A stretch of 64,000 nucleotides of DNA from an uncultured Bacteroidales bacterium (GTDB lineage Bacteria > Bacteroidota > Bacteroidia > Bacteroidales > UBA932), in NCBI GenBank assembly GCA_905235995.1, contig CAJONI010000052.1:6107-70106 (forward strand), in the 5' to 3' direction. How positions within the stretch are numbered: position 1 is the stretch's first letter; each line of letters opens with the position of its first letter. Shown here piece after piece: positions 45,076-54,749 of this stretch. Made by a program: the position numbers and the translations under genes. The notes under the pieces were generated by a model, which saw only the letters and a program-made list of their open reading frames with translations, was not told where the DNA came from and made no database searches.

Positions 45076-46275
45076 ATGAAAAGGATTTGCGTCTTTTTGG
45101 CCCTGTGCATCGCCTTGTTCGGAACCAGCGCACAGGCCCAGCCGAAAAAGCAGGCCAAGGAAGGCCCGAAATACGATGTTGCAGCATATCTCTATCCCGC
45201 CTATGCAACGGGCGACCCGCGCCTGAGGCCTTTCTGGCCCACGGGGATGGGCGAGTGGGAGACCGTGCTGACCATGCAGCAGCGATATCCACGACACGAC
45301 TGGAACCGCCATCCCCTCTGGGGCTACATCAACGAAGCTGACCCGGCCGTGATGGAGATGGAGATCGACCAGGCCACCCGGCACGGAGTCAACGTGTTCA
45401 TCTTCGACTGGTACTGGTATGACGGTCGTCCCTGGATGGAAACCACGCTCACGGAAGGCTTCCTCAAGGCCCGCAACCGCGACAAGATGCAGTTCTACCT
45501 CATGTGGGCCAATCACAATGTCGGCAACGACTGGGACACCCGCATCTCGCATCTGTGGGAATCCAACATAGTCTATCGCGGCGGAATCGACAGGGACGAG
45601 TTCGAGAAGATATGCAGGCGCAACATCGAGCTGTTTTTCAAGCAGCCCAACTACTACAAGATCGACGGCAAGCCCGTGTTCATGATCTATGAGGTTACTA
45701 CGTTCATCGAAGGCATGGGCGGCGTGGATGCGGCCGTAGACGCCCTGAAATGGTTCAGGAACGAGGTGAAGAAGGCCGGTTTCCCCGACCTGGAACTCCA
45801 GATGGCGATGTGGGACAGCCAGTTCAACTACAGCGGAGTGGACGGGGCCAAGGTCCAGGCGGGCCGTCCCAGGAACGACTTCGCCAGGAAGCTGGGCTTC
45901 AACAGCATGTCCCACTATCAGTTCTGCCACTACATCTGGATGGACGACGAGTACGACAACATCCTTTCCAGGGCCTACGAGGAGTGGGACAAGCTGGATG
46001 CCGAGTTCGACATTCCCTACTATCCGCACGTATCCATCGGCTGGGACAACAGCCCCCGCTTCGGAGAGAGCGCCGTGGTGAAGAACAACACCCCCGACCG
46101 CTTCGAGGGCGCGCTTCGCAAGGCCAGGGCATGGCTGGACGCCCGTCCGAATATGCACAGGCTCATCACCGTCAACTCCTGGAACGAGTGGACCGAGACC
46201 AGCTACCTTCAGCCCGACGACGTATTCGGCTATGGCTATCTCGAAGCCGTGAAGAAGGTATTTGTGGATGAATAA
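45076..46275 (+). CDS. GH99-like / WbsX-family (PF14307) glycoside hydrolase-like protein
   Basis: There is a signal peptide. Blocks are YDVAAYLYPAY..., HPLWGYINEADPAVMEMEIDQATRHGVNVFIFDWYWYDG, FYLMWANHN and ITVNSWNEWTETSYLQPD, which is the typical WbsX-domain pattern. Confidence 0.75.
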   Translation: MKRICVFLALCIALFGTSAQAQPKKQAKEGPKYDVAAYLYPAYATGDPRLRPFWPTGMGEWETVLTMQQRYPRHDWNRHPLWGYINEADPAVMEMEIDQATRHGVNVFIFDWYWYDGRPWMETTLTEGFLKARNRDKMQFYLMWANHNVGNDWDTRISHLWESNIVYRGGIDRDEFEKICRRNIELFFKQPNYYKIDGKPVFMIYEVTTFIEGMGGVDAAVDALKWFRNEVKKAGFPDLELQMAMWDSQFNYSGVDGAKVQAGRPRNDFARKLGFNSMSHYQFCHYIWMDDEYDNILSRAYEEWDKLDAEFDIPYYPHVSIGWDNSPRFGESAVVKNNTPDRFEGALRKARAWLDARPNMHRLITVNSWNEWTETSYLQPDDVFGYGYLEAVKKVFVDE

Positions 46276-46287
46276 ACCCTACGCGAG

Positions 46288-49200
46288 ATGAAAAGAAGCC
46301 TGATCATCGCCCTGGCTCTGGCCGCTGCCGCCTGCTCCGGTTCCGAGGGGAACGGCGGTATCCGGAAGCAGATGGAGCTTGTGCCGTTCTCCCAGGTGCG
46401 GATAGACGACTCTTTCTGGTCGCCGAGGCTTGACGCCCACAAGGACGTGACCCTGGCAGTGTGCATCGACCAGATAGAGAACCAGACCGGACGTATCCTG
46501 AATTTCGAACGCGCGGCGCTTGGAAGGGGCAGCCATTCCGGCATCTTTTTCGACGATTCCGACGTCTACAAGGCCCTGGAGGGGATGGCCTATTCCCTGC
46601 AGAACCATCCGGATCCGGCGCTCGAGGCCAAGTGCGACGAATGGATAGACAAGTTCGCCGCGGCGCAGCAGCCCGACGGCTATATCAACACCTACTATAC
46701 ACTGACCGGCCTGGAGAACCGCTGGAAGGACATGGACAGGCACGAGATGTACTGCGCCGGCCACATGATCGAGGCTGCGGTGGCATACTACCAGGCCACC
46801 GGCAAGCGCAAGCTGCTTTATATGGGTATGCGCATGGCCGACCACATGATGAGCGTCTTCGGGCCTGAAGGACGCCACTGGATCCCCGGACATGAAGAGA
46901 TAGAGCTGGCCCTGGTGAAGCTCTACGGGGTGACGGGGGAGAAGAAATACCTCGACTTCGCCCATTGGCTGCTGGAGGAGCGCGGACATGGCCATGGCTC
47001 CTATGGCGACGGGCGTACCTGGCCTGCCCACTACTACCAGGACGAGCTGCCGGTGCGGGAGATGACCGACATTTCCGGACATGCAGTGCGTTCCATGTAC
47101 CTGTTCTGCGGCATGGCCGACGTAGCTGCGCTGACCGGTGACCGGGGCTATATGGACGCTCTCGACAGGGTCTGGGACGACGTGGTGCTGAGAAACATGT
47201 ACCTGACGGGCGGGATAGGGCAGACCTCCGCCAACGAGGGCTTCTCTACCGACTATAGCCTGCCCAACCTGAGCGCCTACTGCGAGACCTGCGCTTCCGT
47301 CGGAATGGTGCTATGGAACGCCCGCATGGCCCAGCTGAAAGGCGACGGCCGGTACTTCGACGTGCTGGAGCGCGCCATGTACAACGGCGCGCTGGCCGGT
47401 ATCTCCCTGGCGGGCGACCGCTTCTTCTATGTCAACCCGCTGGAATCCAGAGGTGACCATCACCGCCAGGAATGGTACGGCTGCGCCTGCTGTCCAAGCC
47501 AGATCTGCCGTTTCCTGCCCTCGATAGGCAACTATGTCTACGGAGTGTCTGACGATGCGCTCTGGGTGAACCTCTACATTGGCGGCGAGGCGAAGCTGGA
47601 GCTGAGCCACAAGCCCGTCACAGTCCGTCAGGAGACCGGCTATCCATGGGACGGAACGGTGAAGCTTACCCTCGGGCTCGTAAAACCCGTCAGGTCGGAG
47701 ATACGCCTGCGCATTCCCGACTGGTGCCCCGGTTTCACGGTTTGGGTGAACGGTGATGATTACACACCTGAAGTCGAGAAGGGCTATGCGGTGCTCGAAA
47801 AGCGCTGGAGGGACGGCGACGAGATCGTCCTGCAGCTGGAGATGGATCCGAAGCTGGTCCAGGCCGACCCGCGTGTGCTGGAAGATGCAGGGATGCGCGC
47901 GGTGCAGCGCGGACCGCTGGTGTACTGCATCGAAGAAGCCGACAACAGGGAGGGTTTCGACGCGCTCGCGCTGCGCGAAGATGCGGCGCTTTCCTGCCGC
48001 TTCAACCCCGGGAAACTCGGCGGAATCGTGGAGATTACCGCCGAAGGCGTGGAGAAACCCCTGCATTTCATTCCCTACTATGCCTGGGACAACCGTGAGG
48101 CGGGCAGGATGAAGGTGTGGGTGCCTCTCGAGGAAGCCGACCCCTTCGTGGGGACCGGCGGCGTGGGTCACACCTATCCCGGAGCCACCGCGCCTTTCGG
48201 GCTGGTGCAGCTAAGCCCCGATACCCACAACACCGGATGGGAAGGGGCCTCCGGATACCGGGACGAAGACAGGACCGTCATGGGCTTCTCACACACCCAT
48301 CTCAGCGGTACGGGCGGCTGCGACCTTGGCGACTTCCTCTTTACACCTGCACAGGGTGAAGTGGAGCTCACGGACGCCGGGTACCGGATTCCGCCGCTCG
48401 AATTCTCCAAGGACGGCGAAGCGGCCTACCCCGGCTTCTATGCCGTCAGGTTCAGTGACATCACCGCCGAGATGACGGCCCTTCCCCATACCGGCTGCCA
48501 TCGCTACACCTTCCTCGGGGAAGGGGAGAAGCGCATACTTGTGGACCTCCGCCACAATATCGGCGAAACCCGTCCGGGAGATATCTCCTTCCGTCAGGTT
48601 TCCAACCGGTGCATTGAAGGCGGCAGGCACACTTCAGGCTGGGCCAGGGACAGGGCAATGTACTTCAGCGCCTGGTTCTCAGTTCCTTTCACCTCGTGCG
48701 AGAGCGACGGCCACGACCGCTGGCTGCTCAGCTTCCCTTCCTGGACCCGCGAAGTGACGGTCACCGTGGGCCTGTCGACCCGCGACGCCAGGCATGCGCG
48801 CCGCAACCGTATCGCCGAGGCTCCCGTATGCGATTTCAACTCCGTGCTGGCGAATTCCCGGGCCCTGTGGAAGGAGCAGATGGACAAGGTCAAAGTCGAG
48901 GGGGGAACCGCCGTGCAGCGCAGGATCTTCAGCACTTCCCTCTACCATTGCCTCGTCGCGCCCAACATCCTGAGCGATGTGGGAGTGACGCCTTTCTACT
49001 CCACGCTCTCCCTCTGGGATACCTTCCGTGCCTGGAATCCCCTCCAGACCATAATCAACCCGGAACTGGTCAATGACATGGCAGGCAGCATGCTGGAGAT
49101 GTACGACCGCGACGGCAAGCTGCCCCTCTGGGCGCTTGGCGGGGAGGACGTAGACTGCATGATAGGATACCATTCCGTGTCCGTGATAGCCGACGCGTGG

Positions 49201-50883
49201 CTGCGCGGCATAAGGGGCTTCGACGGGGAGAAGGCTCTCAAGGCGATGGTGGCCTCATCCAATCTCGATCCCGCTTCCGCATGGTACGACGAATACGGCT
49301 ACGTGCCCAGCGACCTTACGCCGGAATCCGTGTCCAAGACCCTGGAGTTCTGCTACGATGACTGGTGCATCGCCCGCATGGCAGAAGCTCTCGGCCACGA
49401 CGACATCGCCGCCCGATACGACGAGCGTGCGCTGCGCTACCGTAATCTCTTCGATCCTGCCTCAGGCTTTTTCCGTGGCAAGGAGTCGATCGGCAACTGG
49501 CGTACCTACTTCACCACCACGGGATCGTCGCGCGACTACACCGAGGCCTGCGCCTGGCAGTACAGGCACTTCGTGCCGCACGACATGGCCGGCTATACTG
49601 CCCTGATGGGCGGCGCCGCCGCCGTCCGCGCCTCGCTCGACTCGCTCTTCAACTACGACTACAGGGATCCGGAAATGAACTACGACGGCAATGTGACGGG
49701 CCTCATGGGCCAGTACGCCCATGGCAACGAGCCCAGCCATGCCAGTGCCTACCTGTATTCCTGTGTGGGCGACCCTTCCTCCACCCAGGCCCGGGTGAGG
49801 CGGATACTCGGTGAGATGTACTCCCTTACCCCGGACGGCCTCTGCGGCAACGAGGATTGCGGCCAGATGAGTGCCTGGTATGTGCTCTCGGCCATGGGCC
49901 TCTATCCCGTCTGCCCCGGCACCGGCGAATTCGTTTTCACTGCCCCCATCTTCAACAGGATCACCCTTGCCCTTCCCGAAGGGAAGCAGCTTGTCATAAG
50001 CGCCGACCATCCTGAGTTCCCCTATGTCAAGGATGTGGTTTTCAATGGGGAACGCATCGAAGCCCAGTTCATTGGCTATGACGCCCTGATGCAGGGCGGC
50101 AAACTCGAATTCGTGCTGTCCGCCAGCCCCTGCCACGAGCGCGACGGCTTCGAGGCCCCTTACTCCCTTACCGACGGCAGTCTTGTGTCCACGCCCATCA
50201 TCAACAGGGATCCCCGCTTCTTCGACAGGCGTTTCGAGGCCCGCCTGCGCAGCCGGACTCCCGGTGCGACCTTGCGTTACACCTTGGATGGCAGCGAGCC
50301 CACGGAAGCATCTCCGCTCTATGAAGGACCTTTCGAGATAAGTGAGGAATGCGTGCTGAAGGCGAGGGCGTTCAAGGAAGGATGCTCCTCCAGCCCCCTG
50401 CTTGGCATGAAGGCCTTTCCTCTCGAGTATCTGCCTCCGCTCTCCGCCACCGGCCTGCAGCATGGCTGCAGCTACAACTATTACGTCGGCAGGTTCAAGT
50501 GGACCGAAGAACTGGATTCCGCACCTGTGGCCGCAAGTGGCGTGATGGCCGTTCCGTCGATTGCCGGAGCGCCTGAAGACGACTACTTCGGCTTCGTGTT
50601 CACCGGTTTCCTGGACGTGCCCGAAGAGGGCGTCTGGGAGTTTGCCGTGACCAGCGACGACGGTGCCGTGCTCGAGATCGACGGAGAGCTTGTGGTCAAC
50701 GGCGACGGCTCCCACGGCAACTACATGGCCACCGGCAACGTGGCGCTCAGCCGCGGACTCCATGTCTTCTGCCTCAAGTATTTCGAAAACTTCGATGGCC
50801 AGAACCTCTCGTGGGCCTGGCGGGCGCCTTCGGCTCCGAAACTCTCACCCATACCTCCTGCCTCGATCTATTACCGACCCTGA
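46288..50883 (+). CDS. Giant fusion protein: GH127 (beta-L-arabinofuranosidase family, DUF1680) + GH92 alpha-mannosidase + CHB_HEX_C-like + PA14
   Basis: Lipobox LAAAACSGS. The GH127 part (to about 48135) has SQVRIDDSFWSPRLD, YKALEGMAYSL, YCAGHMIEAAVAYYQATGK, GHEEIELALVKLY and YCETCASVGMVLWNARM. The GH92 part (from about 48140) has GVGHTYPGATAPFGLVQLSPDT, GQYAHGNEPSHASAYLY and CGNEDCGQMSAWYVL. Then follow ATLRYTLDGSEPTEASPLYEGPF and a PA14 end (about 50464-50880). Confidence 0.88.
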   Translation: MKRSLIIALALAAAACSGSEGNGGIRKQMELVPFSQVRIDDSFWSPRLDAHKDVTLAVCIDQIENQTGRILNFERAALGRGSHSGIFFDDSDVYKALEGMAYSLQNHPDPALEAKCDEWIDKFAAAQQPDGYINTYYTLTGLENRWKDMDRHEMYCAGHMIEAAVAYYQATGKRKLLYMGMRMADHMMSVFGPEGRHWIPGHEEIELALVKLYGVTGEKKYLDFAHWLLEERGHGHGSYGDGRTWPAHYYQDELPVREMTDISGHAVRSMYLFCGMADVAALTGDRGYMDALDRVWDDVVLRNMYLTGGIGQTSANEGFSTDYSLPNLSAYCETCASVGMVLWNARMAQLKGDGRYFDVLERAMYNGALAGISLAGDRFFYVNPLESRGDHHRQEWYGCACCPSQICRFLPSIGNYVYGVSDDALWVNLYIGGEAKLELSHKPVTVRQETGYPWDGTVKLTLGLVKPVRSEIRLRIPDWCPGFTVWVNGDDYTPEVEKGYAVLEKRWRDGDEIVLQLEMDPKLVQADPRVLEDAGMRAVQRGPLVYCIEEADNREGFDALALREDAALSCRFNPGKLGGIVEITAEGVEKPLHFIPYYAWDNREAGRMKVWVPLEEADPFVGTGGVGHTYPGATAPFGLVQLSPDTHNTGWEGASGYRDEDRTVMGFSHTHLSGTGGCDLGDFLFTPAQGEVELTDAGYRIPPLEFSKDGEAAYPGFYAVRFSDITAEMTALPHTGCHRYTFLGEGEKRILVDLRHNIGETRPGDISFRQVSNRCIEGGRHTSGWARDRAMYFSAWFSVPFTSCESDGHDRWLLSFPSWTREVTVTVGLSTRDARHARRNRIAEAPVCDFNSVLANSRALWKEQMDKVKVEGGTAVQRRIFSTSLYHCLVAPNILSDVGVTPFYSTLSLWDTFRAWNPLQTIINPELVNDMAGSMLEMYDRDGKLPLWALGGEDVDCMIGYHSVSVIADAWLRGIRGFDGEKALKAMVASSNLDPASAWYDEYGYVPSDLTPESVSKTLEFCYDDWCIARMAEALGHDDIAARYDERALRYRNLFDPASGFFRGKESIGNWRTYFTTTGSSRDYTEACAWQYRHFVPHDMAGYTALMGGAAAVRASLDSLFNYDYRDPEMNYDGNVTGLMGQYAHGNEPSHASAYLYSCVGDPSSTQARVRRILGEMYSLTPDGLCGNEDCGQMSAWYVLSAMGLYPVCPGTGEFVFTAPIFNRITLALPEGKQLVISADHPEFPYVKDVVFNGERIEAQFIGYDALMQGGKLEFVLSASPCHERDGFEAPYSLTDGSLVSTPIINRDPRFFDRRFEARLRSRTPGATLRYTLDGSEPTEASPLYEGPFEISEECVLKARAFKEGCSSSPLLGMKAFPLEYLPPLSATGLQHGCSYNYYVGRFKWTEELDSAPVAASGVMAVPSIAGAPEDDYFGFVFTGFLDVPEEGVWEFAVTSDDGAVLEIDGELVVNGDGSHGNYMATGNVALSRGLHVFCLKYFENFDGQNLSWAWRAPSAPKLSPIPPASIYYRP

Positions 50884-50912
50884 AATCCCCCCTGATACCA
50901 ACCCCATATGCC

Positions 50913-52448
50913 ATGAGAAGACCGTCAGCCATCCTCCTTTGCGCATTGTTCACGGCCGTGATGTTCCCGGCCCTGGCGCAGAATCCCTATCTCCCCCTGT
51001 GGGAGCACATCCCGGACGGAGAGCCCCATGTCTTCGAGGATCCTGACCGCCCGGGCTGCTACCGGGTATATGTCTATGGCTCCCATGACAACCTGATCAC
51101 GGAGTATTGCGGCCGGGACCAGGTGGTATGGTCGGCCCCGGTTGACGACCTCACCGCCTGGCGGCTCGACGGGGTGATCTTCGAGCACGAAGGCAACGTG
51201 CTCTACGCCCCGGACGTATGCGAGGTCAAGGACCCCGTTACCGGGAAGAAAACGTATTACCTGTATCCCAATAACCAGAATAATATGGGCATGATAGCCC
51301 GCTCCGACAGGCCTGACGGGCCTTTCCGCCCCTGCAACCTGAAGGAGGGCAGGCCCTGGGAGACCTACGGGGTCACCGGTTTCGACCCCGCGGTGCTGGT
51401 GGATGACGACGGTCGAGTGTATGCCTATTGGGGCTTCGGGCATTCCTTCGCCGCCGAAATGGACCCTGCCACCATGTGTACCGTGAAGCCCGGGACAGAG
51501 ATAGTGGACGGCATGGTTTCCGGCCATCAGGAGCCCGGGATATTCCGTTTCTTCGAGGCTTCATCCATACGTAAGATAGGGGACAAGTATGTCTTCATCT
51601 ACAGCCGTGTGACCGAGGATGGCGAATTCGGCCTGGGATCCACCAACGGAACCCTGGCCTATGCGTACGGCGACCATCCGCTTGGTCCATTCACCTATGG
51701 CGGGACCATCATCGATGCCCGCGCGAGGGAGACTGACGAGGCCGGGAATCCTGTCTTTACGACCATTCCCAACGGAAATACCCACGGAAGCCTTGCGGAG
51801 ATAGGGGGGAAGTGGTATGTGTTCTACCATCGCCACACCGGTACCGACGAATACTCACGCCAGGCGATGGTTGCGCCCGTAAGCGTTTCCTATGAGGAAG
51901 GTCCTGGAGGCAGGGTGTCCATCTCCGAGGGGGAATACACCTCAGAGGGCTTCCGGACCGAAGGCCTGGACCCTTTGACGCGCTGGTCCGCCGGCATAGC
52001 CTGCTGGACCACCGGTCCGGAGCCGGCCAGGCAGGAGTGGCCAAAGGTTTACTATCCGGGCTCGCACGTGGCAGTGCAGAGGGAAGTCGGACTGGACCAT
52101 AATCCCGTGATAAACAATACCGACGGCTCCATCGTGGGCTACAGGTACTTCAACTTCGACGCCGTCGACGGCCCGGCGACGCTCTGCCTTGAGATAGTGC
52201 CTGAAGGTGTGGACGGCAGCATCGAAATCATGGCCGACAGCCCATGGGAGAGCCGGGGTGGCATGAAGCTTGGCGGCGTCGCGGTCAGCGCCGCCAGCCC
52301 GAAACAGCTGACGACCTTGAAAGTGCCGGTCCCCGCCGTTGCAGGGCTTAGCGGCAAGCACGCCCTTTACCTTGTCTTCAATGCCGATAAACCCGCCGCT
52401 TCCCTCTGCGAGCTGCACTACCTTCAGTTCATGCCTGGAATCCGGTAG
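50913..52448 (+). CDS. GH43-family glycosidase (arabinofuranosidase/xylosidase-type five-bladed propeller) with a C-terminal beta-sandwich (CBM6-like)
   Basis: The ATG is at 50913 (MRRPSAILLCALFTAVMFPALAQ). Blocks are NPYLPLWEHIPDGEPHVFEDPD...YRVYVYGSHD, LYAPDVCEV, YYLYPN and GFDPAVLVDDDGRVYAYWG. The C-terminal 130 aa or so has the form YRYFNFD...LEIVPEG...IEIMADSPW. Confidence 0.8.
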   Translation: MRRPSAILLCALFTAVMFPALAQNPYLPLWEHIPDGEPHVFEDPDRPGCYRVYVYGSHDNLITEYCGRDQVVWSAPVDDLTAWRLDGVIFEHEGNVLYAPDVCEVKDPVTGKKTYYLYPNNQNNMGMIARSDRPDGPFRPCNLKEGRPWETYGVTGFDPAVLVDDDGRVYAYWGFGHSFAAEMDPATMCTVKPGTEIVDGMVSGHQEPGIFRFFEASSIRKIGDKYVFIYSRVTEDGEFGLGSTNGTLAYAYGDHPLGPFTYGGTIIDARARETDEAGNPVFTTIPNGNTHGSLAEIGGKWYVFYHRHTGTDEYSRQAMVAPVSVSYEEGPGGRVSISEGEYTSEGFRTEGLDPLTRWSAGIACWTTGPEPARQEWPKVYYPGSHVAVQREVGLDHNPVINNTDGSIVGYRYFNFDAVDGPATLCLEIVPEGVDGSIEIMADSPWESRGGMKLGGVAVSAASPKQLTTLKVPVPAVAGLSGKHALYLVFNADKPAASLCELHYLQFMPGIR

Positions 52449-52493
52449 AGTCAGAGCTTTTCCGTTCATTTGAAATATACATCGTACCCCATC

Positions 52494-54749
52494 ATGAACA
52501 GGTTCTCCCATTCTTTTCCCTGCCTCATCCTGCTTGTCACATGTGTCATCCTTGCTGTCGGATGCGGCGGCAGGCATGTGCTCTTCAACGAGGGCAATTC
52601 CGAATACACGATAGTCATAGAACCCGCGGCTCCTGAAACGGAACAGTATGCCGCGGTGGAGCTGCAGACCTGGATAAGGGAAGTCTCCGGAGCGGAGCTT
52701 CCGATAGCCGGCCCCGAGGCCGCCACGGAAGGAAAGCGTCTGGTGGTAGGCTGGCAGCCGCTGACCGCAGAGGCTTTCCCCGATGCCGTAAAGCCGGAAG
52801 ACGGCGACGACTCCTTCACCTGGCGCAGCCATGGCGGCGACATCCATTTCTGGGGAGGCAGCAAGCGCGGGACTCTCTACGCCGTCTATTCCTTCCTTGA
52901 GGAGGCCCTGGGCTGCCGCTGGTATTCCAGCAAGGTGAGCGTAGCCCCGCCGCGCAGCAGCTGGAGCTTCAGGAAACTCGACCACAGCGAGGCCCCAGGC
53001 ATACGCATACGCGACAACTGCGTCCTCGACGTGCGGGTGAATCCAGTGTTCTCGGCGCGTATGCGCAACAATTTCATAAAGGTGCCGGGGCTTGAGCCCG
53101 GAACCACCGTCCCGGGCAGCGCAGAGGGCTACTGGGGCGTGCATGCCCTTGGGTATCATGTCCCCTCCGATGTCCATTTCCACTCCCATCCCGAATACTT
53201 CAGCCTCCGCGACGGAGTCCGTCAGGGCGGATATGCGCAGCCCTGCCTCTCCAATCCCGACGTGCTCGCCATGACCATCGAGAGCGTGAAGAAGGTGATG
53301 CGCGAGCAGCCCGACTACCTCATCTACTCCGTGGAGCAGAATGACAACCAGCTCTTCTGTACCTGCGACGCCTGCCAGGAACTCGCAGAGCGCTACGGCG
53401 GGCAGTCCGGAGTGATGCTCTGGTTCGTCAACCAGGTGGCCGATGCGGTGAAGGACGAGTTCCCCGACAAATACATAGGTACCTTCGCCTACCAGTATAC
53501 GCGCCACGCCCCGAAGGACATAGTCCCGAGAGAGAACGTGGTGGTAAGGCTCTGCAGCATCGAGTGCTGCATGCTTCACGACTATGACGGATGCGAGCAG
53601 AACCTCAGCTTCGCGCAGGACCTCGAGGACTGGGGCGCCATCGCACCGCACCTCTACATCTGGGACTACGTGACCGACTTCGCGCAGTACTGCCTGCCCG
53701 TGGCCAACTGGTGGACGCTGCAGAGCCATATACGCGACTTCCGCGACGCCCATGCAATCGGCATCCTCGAGGAGGGCGACTACCAGACCCCGTCCTGCGA
53801 GCTGAGGGAGATGCGCAGCTGGCTCCTTTCCAAGCTGATGTGGAATCCCGACGCCGATATGGACGAACTCATCCGCGACTTCACCGACGGCTACTACGGT
53901 GCCGCCGGACGCCATGTCCGCGAGTACCTCCGGCTTGAGGACCGCATCCTCCGCCGTGAAGGCATCCACGCCCCATGCTACATCAGCGCAGCCGATACCA
54001 TGTACACCCATGAGTTCATCAGCGAAGGCCGGAAGATCTTCGCCAGGGCGCGCGAGGCGGTGAAAGGCGACGAGGAGCTCCTCAACCGCCTGGAAACCGC
54101 AGAGATGCCGCTGTGCTTCCTGCTTATGGAAAAAGACCCGCCGAAGGGTTTTGAAACGGGCGCCGACGCACTGGTGCGCCGCGTGATAGAGCGTGAAGGC
54201 ATCACCCGCATGACCGAATGGGAGAGAGGCGGCAAGTCCCAGGCAGAGGTGCTTCTGGAAAAATACGAGAACCTGGCCGAAGCGCTGGACAAGGCTCCGC
54301 TGCTGCAGGCTGTCGTAGAGCAGGCTGCCGGCAACGGCGTCTCCTTCACCCGCTACGAAGGTCCTTTCATGAGTACTGCGGAGATGATGGAAAAGGGCAC
54401 AGAGACCGACAGCGGAGCGCTTCCGACGATAAGGATCGAGAAGGAGGAGGAACTGGACCATTTCGGCTACGTGTTCACCACTCTGCTCGAAGCCAGGGAA
54501 GAGGGAATCCATCAGTTCAGCGTCACCTCCGACGACGGCTTCGTGCTCATCCTCGACGGGGAGGAGCTCATCTCGATGGACGGCTCCCACTCTCCTGAAA
54601 TGGCCTGGGCTTTTGCCAATCTGGCAAAGGGACTCCACCGGCTCGAGATCCGCTACTTCGAGGACTGCGAAGGCCAGGTGCTTGACCTTGAATTCCGCAC
54701 TCCGGGCGGCTACATCGGTCCCCTTCCGGAAGACAGACTGTTCAGATGA
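52494..54749 (+). CDS. DUF4838-family (GH20/GH67-N-like) putative glycosidase with a C-terminal PA14 domain
   Basis: The ATG is at 52494; the ORF-track start at 52470 is a TTG. Lipobox ILAVGCGG. The DUF4838 pattern is EYTIVIEPAAPETEQYAAVELQTWIREVSGAELPI, FTWRSHGGDIHFWGGSKRGTLYAVYSFLEE and CLSNPDVLAMTIESVKKVM...QNDNQLFCTCDACQ. The PA14 end is at about 54336-54746. Confidence 0.75.
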   Translation: MNRFSHSFPCLILLVTCVILAVGCGGRHVLFNEGNSEYTIVIEPAAPETEQYAAVELQTWIREVSGAELPIAGPEAATEGKRLVVGWQPLTAEAFPDAVKPEDGDDSFTWRSHGGDIHFWGGSKRGTLYAVYSFLEEALGCRWYSSKVSVAPPRSSWSFRKLDHSEAPGIRIRDNCVLDVRVNPVFSARMRNNFIKVPGLEPGTTVPGSAEGYWGVHALGYHVPSDVHFHSHPEYFSLRDGVRQGGYAQPCLSNPDVLAMTIESVKKVMREQPDYLIYSVEQNDNQLFCTCDACQELAERYGGQSGVMLWFVNQVADAVKDEFPDKYIGTFAYQYTRHAPKDIVPRENVVVRLCSIECCMLHDYDGCEQNLSFAQDLEDWGAIAPHLYIWDYVTDFAQYCLPVANWWTLQSHIRDFRDAHAIGILEEGDYQTPSCELREMRSWLLSKLMWNPDADMDELIRDFTDGYYGAAGRHVREYLRLEDRILRREGIHAPCYISAADTMYTHEFISEGRKIFARAREAVKGDEELLNRLETAEMPLCFLLMEKDPPKGFETGADALVRRVIEREGITRMTEWERGGKSQAEVLLEKYENLAEALDKAPLLQAVVEQAAGNGVSFTRYEGPFMSTAEMMEKGTETDSGALPTIRIEKEEELDHFGYVFTTLLEAREEGIHQFSVTSDDGFVLILDGEELISMDGSHSPEMAWAFANLAKGLHRLEIRYFEDCEGQVLDLEFRTPGGYIGPLPEDRLFR

